Positions 41,925-43,960 of a stretch of DNA of 43,960 nucleotides are shown here, one piece after another (positions within the stretch are counted from its first letter, which is position 1; each line of letters begins with the position of its first letter). Source of the stretch: a virus (Duplodnaviria > Caudoviricetes); the IMG/VR virus record IMGVR_UViG_3300035041_000037, positions 1 to 43,960 of that record. One strand, 5' to 3'. Both the position numbers and the translations under genes were made by a program. The notes below the pieces were generated by a model. It was given only the letters and a program-made list of their open reading frames with translations. It searched no databases and had not been told where the DNA came from.

Positions 41925-43343
41925 ATGATCCTCCAACTCCTACAAGAACACGGCATCAGCCCTAAGCGCGTCAGCAGTCACCAGGGCGGCGAGTACCACA
42001 GCCCCTGTCCGCGCTGCGGTGGCACCGACCGCTTTCATGCCTGGCCCGAGCAGAACGAAGGGCAGGGCAGCTTCTGGTGTCGCCAGTGCGACCTCGGCGG
42101 CGATGCCATAAAATTCCTGATGGAGTACAACGGCCTCAGCTTCCGCGACGCCGCCACCCGTACCGGCAAAGAACTCGACGCGCCCCAGCGCCGCTATACC
42201 CCCGCAGTGCCTAAAACAGACCAGCCAGCAGCCAAGGACCTCACCCCGCGTGAAATCACCACCCCGCAGCAAAACTGGCAGCTCCAGGCGCACAAACTAA
42301 TCCTCCACGCCGCCGAAGCCCTCCAGCAAAACCCCGAGCAACTCCAGTACCTTCAAACACGCGGCATCAGCCCACACCAAGCTATGAAATGGAGCCTCGG
42401 CTTCGTCGGTGGAGACAAACCCGCCGTATTCAGCGCGCGCAGCAAGTGGGGCCTAGAACCCAAACAGAACAATAAAAAGCCCGATGCCCTCTGGATACCT
42501 CGCGGCATCGTCATTCCCAACATTATCGGCGACGAAGTAAACAGCATCCGCATTCGCCGCCCCAAGCAGGACCGCACCGGCCAGCTCGCCGATCTGCACT
42601 ATCACGTAATGCCCGGATCCGGCACCGCGCCCCTGCTCAGCTACCACGGTCAACGCACCATCGTCGTGGTCGAAGCCCAGCTCGACGCCATCCTTGTCGA
42701 TCAGTACGCATCCGACATCGCCGGAGTCCTCGCCCTCGGCAACGACTCCGCCAGACCCGACGAGCGCGCCCACCAAGCCCTCAAACAAGCGAGCCTGATC
42801 CTCGTTGCCCTCGACAACGACGACTCCGGCCAGCAATCCGCACAAAAATGGCTCGACTGGTACGACACCGCCACCATCTGCCCAGTACCCCAAGGCAAAG
42901 ACCCCGGCGACTTTCACCAGGATCACAACGGCGACATCCGCCACTGGCTCTGCCAGCACATACCAGCTGTATGGACGGCACCCAAAAAGCCGCGCCCAAC
43001 CGCCACCAAACCAACCAGCAAAAAAGAAGAAAAACTCTATGCCATCAAACGCCGCAAAGACGGCAGCATAATCGCCCTAGTAGAAGACCCCAGCATCAAA
43101 GAATCAGTAGCCAGGCAGAACAACTGCAACGTTATCACCTACGCCGAAGTAGAAATGCTCGAAAAAATGGAGCCCCAAGCGCGCGAACAATGGCTCCTCG
43201 ATAACGACCCCCGCAGAGAATGGATACACGGCGACGACCACGGCAAAAACATGGTCCTGCAAACCGCGCACATATTTAAGGACGGAATACTCGCCCAAGA
43301 GTCAATCACCAACAAAGGAGAAACCCATGCCCCAGATCGTTAA
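41925..43343 (+). CDS. DNA primase (Zn-finger + Toprim)
   Basis: PCPRCGGTDRF...WCRQC..GGDAI, VVVEAQLDA, VALDNDDSG, GKDPGD. Confidence 0.88.
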   Translation: MILQLLQEHGISPKRVSSHQGGEYHSPCPRCGGTDRFHAWPEQNEGQGSFWCRQCDLGGDAIKFLMEYNGLSFRDAATRTGKELDAPQRRYTPAVPKTDQPAAKDLTPREITTPQQNWQLQAHKLILHAAEALQQNPEQLQYLQTRGISPHQAMKWSLGFVGGDKPAVFSARSKWGLEPKQNNKKPDALWIPRGIVIPNIIGDEVNSIRIRRPKQDRTGQLADLHYHVMPGSGTAPLLSYHGQRTIVVVEAQLDAILVDQYASDIAGVLALGNDSARPDERAHQALKQASLILVALDNDDSGQQSAQKWLDWYDTATICPVPQGKDPGDFHQDHNGDIRHWLCQHIPAVWTAPKKPRPTATKPTSKKEEKLYAIKRRKDGSIIALVEDPSIKESVARQNNCNVITYAEVEMLEKMEPQAREQWLLDNDPRREWIHGDDHGKNMVLQTAHIFKDGILAQESITNKGETHAPDR

Positions 43344-43530
43344 AGAGATGAAAAGCGTGTCTCAGCAAATGACAGACCTCGCCTGGATGATCCAGAACAC
43401 CAAAAACCTCGACCCCAGGTGGGAATCTCGCGCCGTACAGCTTGGATCTGCCGCCGTAACTCTCAACAGCTGGGCAGAAGCAGAAGAACAGCTCGAACAA
43501 ACCATCCAGATCGATCAGGAGGACAAATAA
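43327..43530 (+). CDS. hypothetical phage protein (homologue of 518..724)
   Basis: AAGGAG RBS; similarity to 518..724. Confidence 0.75.
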   Translation: MPQIVKEMKSVSQQMTDLAWMIQNTKNLDPRWESRAVQLGSAAVTLNSWAEAEEQLEQTIQIDQEDK

Positions 43531-43944
43531 ATGGTCAATAAAGTCATCTTAGTGGGCAACTGTGGTGCCGATCCTGACTTGCGCTACACCCCAGCAGGCA
43601 CCGCCGTCACCACCGTAAACCTCGCCACCACCGAAAAATTCAACGGCAGCGACGGCAACAAGCAAGAGCGCACAGAATGGCACCGCCTCGTCTTCTGGCG
43701 CCAGCTCGCGGAGATCTGCGGGAAGTACCTGCACAAGGGCAAGCAGATATACGTCGAAGGGAAACTGCAGACACGCAAATGGATCGACCAAAACGGCATC
43801 GAGCGCTACACCACCGAAGTCGTAGTCGACAAAATGCAGATGCTCGGACGCGCCAGCGATGGAGCAGGGCAGGGCGCAACAAACGACCGGCCGGCCCAGC
43901 AACCGGAGCCGGAGTTTCACCAGGACGACGAGATCCCGTTTTAA
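43531..43944 (+). CDS. ssb: single-stranded DNA-binding protein (second allele)
   Basis: [12 protein letters not shown]...DDEIPF. Confidence 0.95.
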   Translation: MVNKVILVGNCGADPDLRYTPAGTAVTTVNLATTEKFNGSDGNKQERTEWHRLVFWRQLAEICGKYLHKGKQIYVEGKLQTRKWIDQNGIERYTTEVVVDKMQMLGRASDGAGQGATNDRPAQQPEPEFHQDDEIPF

Positions 43945-43960
43945 AAGGAGATATCCATGG

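Larger units (their letters stand above)
1042..43833. mobile_element. complete temperate phage genome, circularly permuted
   Basis: All phage modules present, internal attP-like site, terminal overlap, no host genes. Confidence 0.88.

Overview
The window is essentially one complete temperate phage genome of about 42.8 kb. Positions 1042..43833 close into a circle through an exact 127-bp terminal repeat, and 1..1041 is a divergent second allele of the primase-end/ssb region. It has a lambda-type head (GpA terminase, portal, ClpP-like protease, gpD/gpE) and a P2-type contractile tail. Lysogeny functions are a tyrosine integrase with an intact attP-like site (3' half of tRNA-Phe) and a CI/Cro/CII-like switch; replication genes encode a D5/P4-type helicase and a Zn-finger/Toprim primase. 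The clearest special system is a complete diversity-generating retroelement: CLec/FGE-type target with VR, homing hairpin, avd, TR and RT, with 7 of 8 TR/VR mismatches at TR adenines. Less expected features: (1) many GTAG-type REP palindromes and 7-mer tandem arrays that bracket three compositionally atypical methyltransferase cassettes; (2) a helicase+MTase moron with its own operator-overlapped sigma70 promoter; (3) three co-varying GGA-loop hairpins over ribosome-binding sites; (4) a lambda-like cosQ/cosN motif about 9 kb from the terminase genes; (5) a hidden start-less DUF3310 frame; (6) a small ORF that mimics the repressor C-terminus. All family calls are from motif recognition by eye; no database searches were run.
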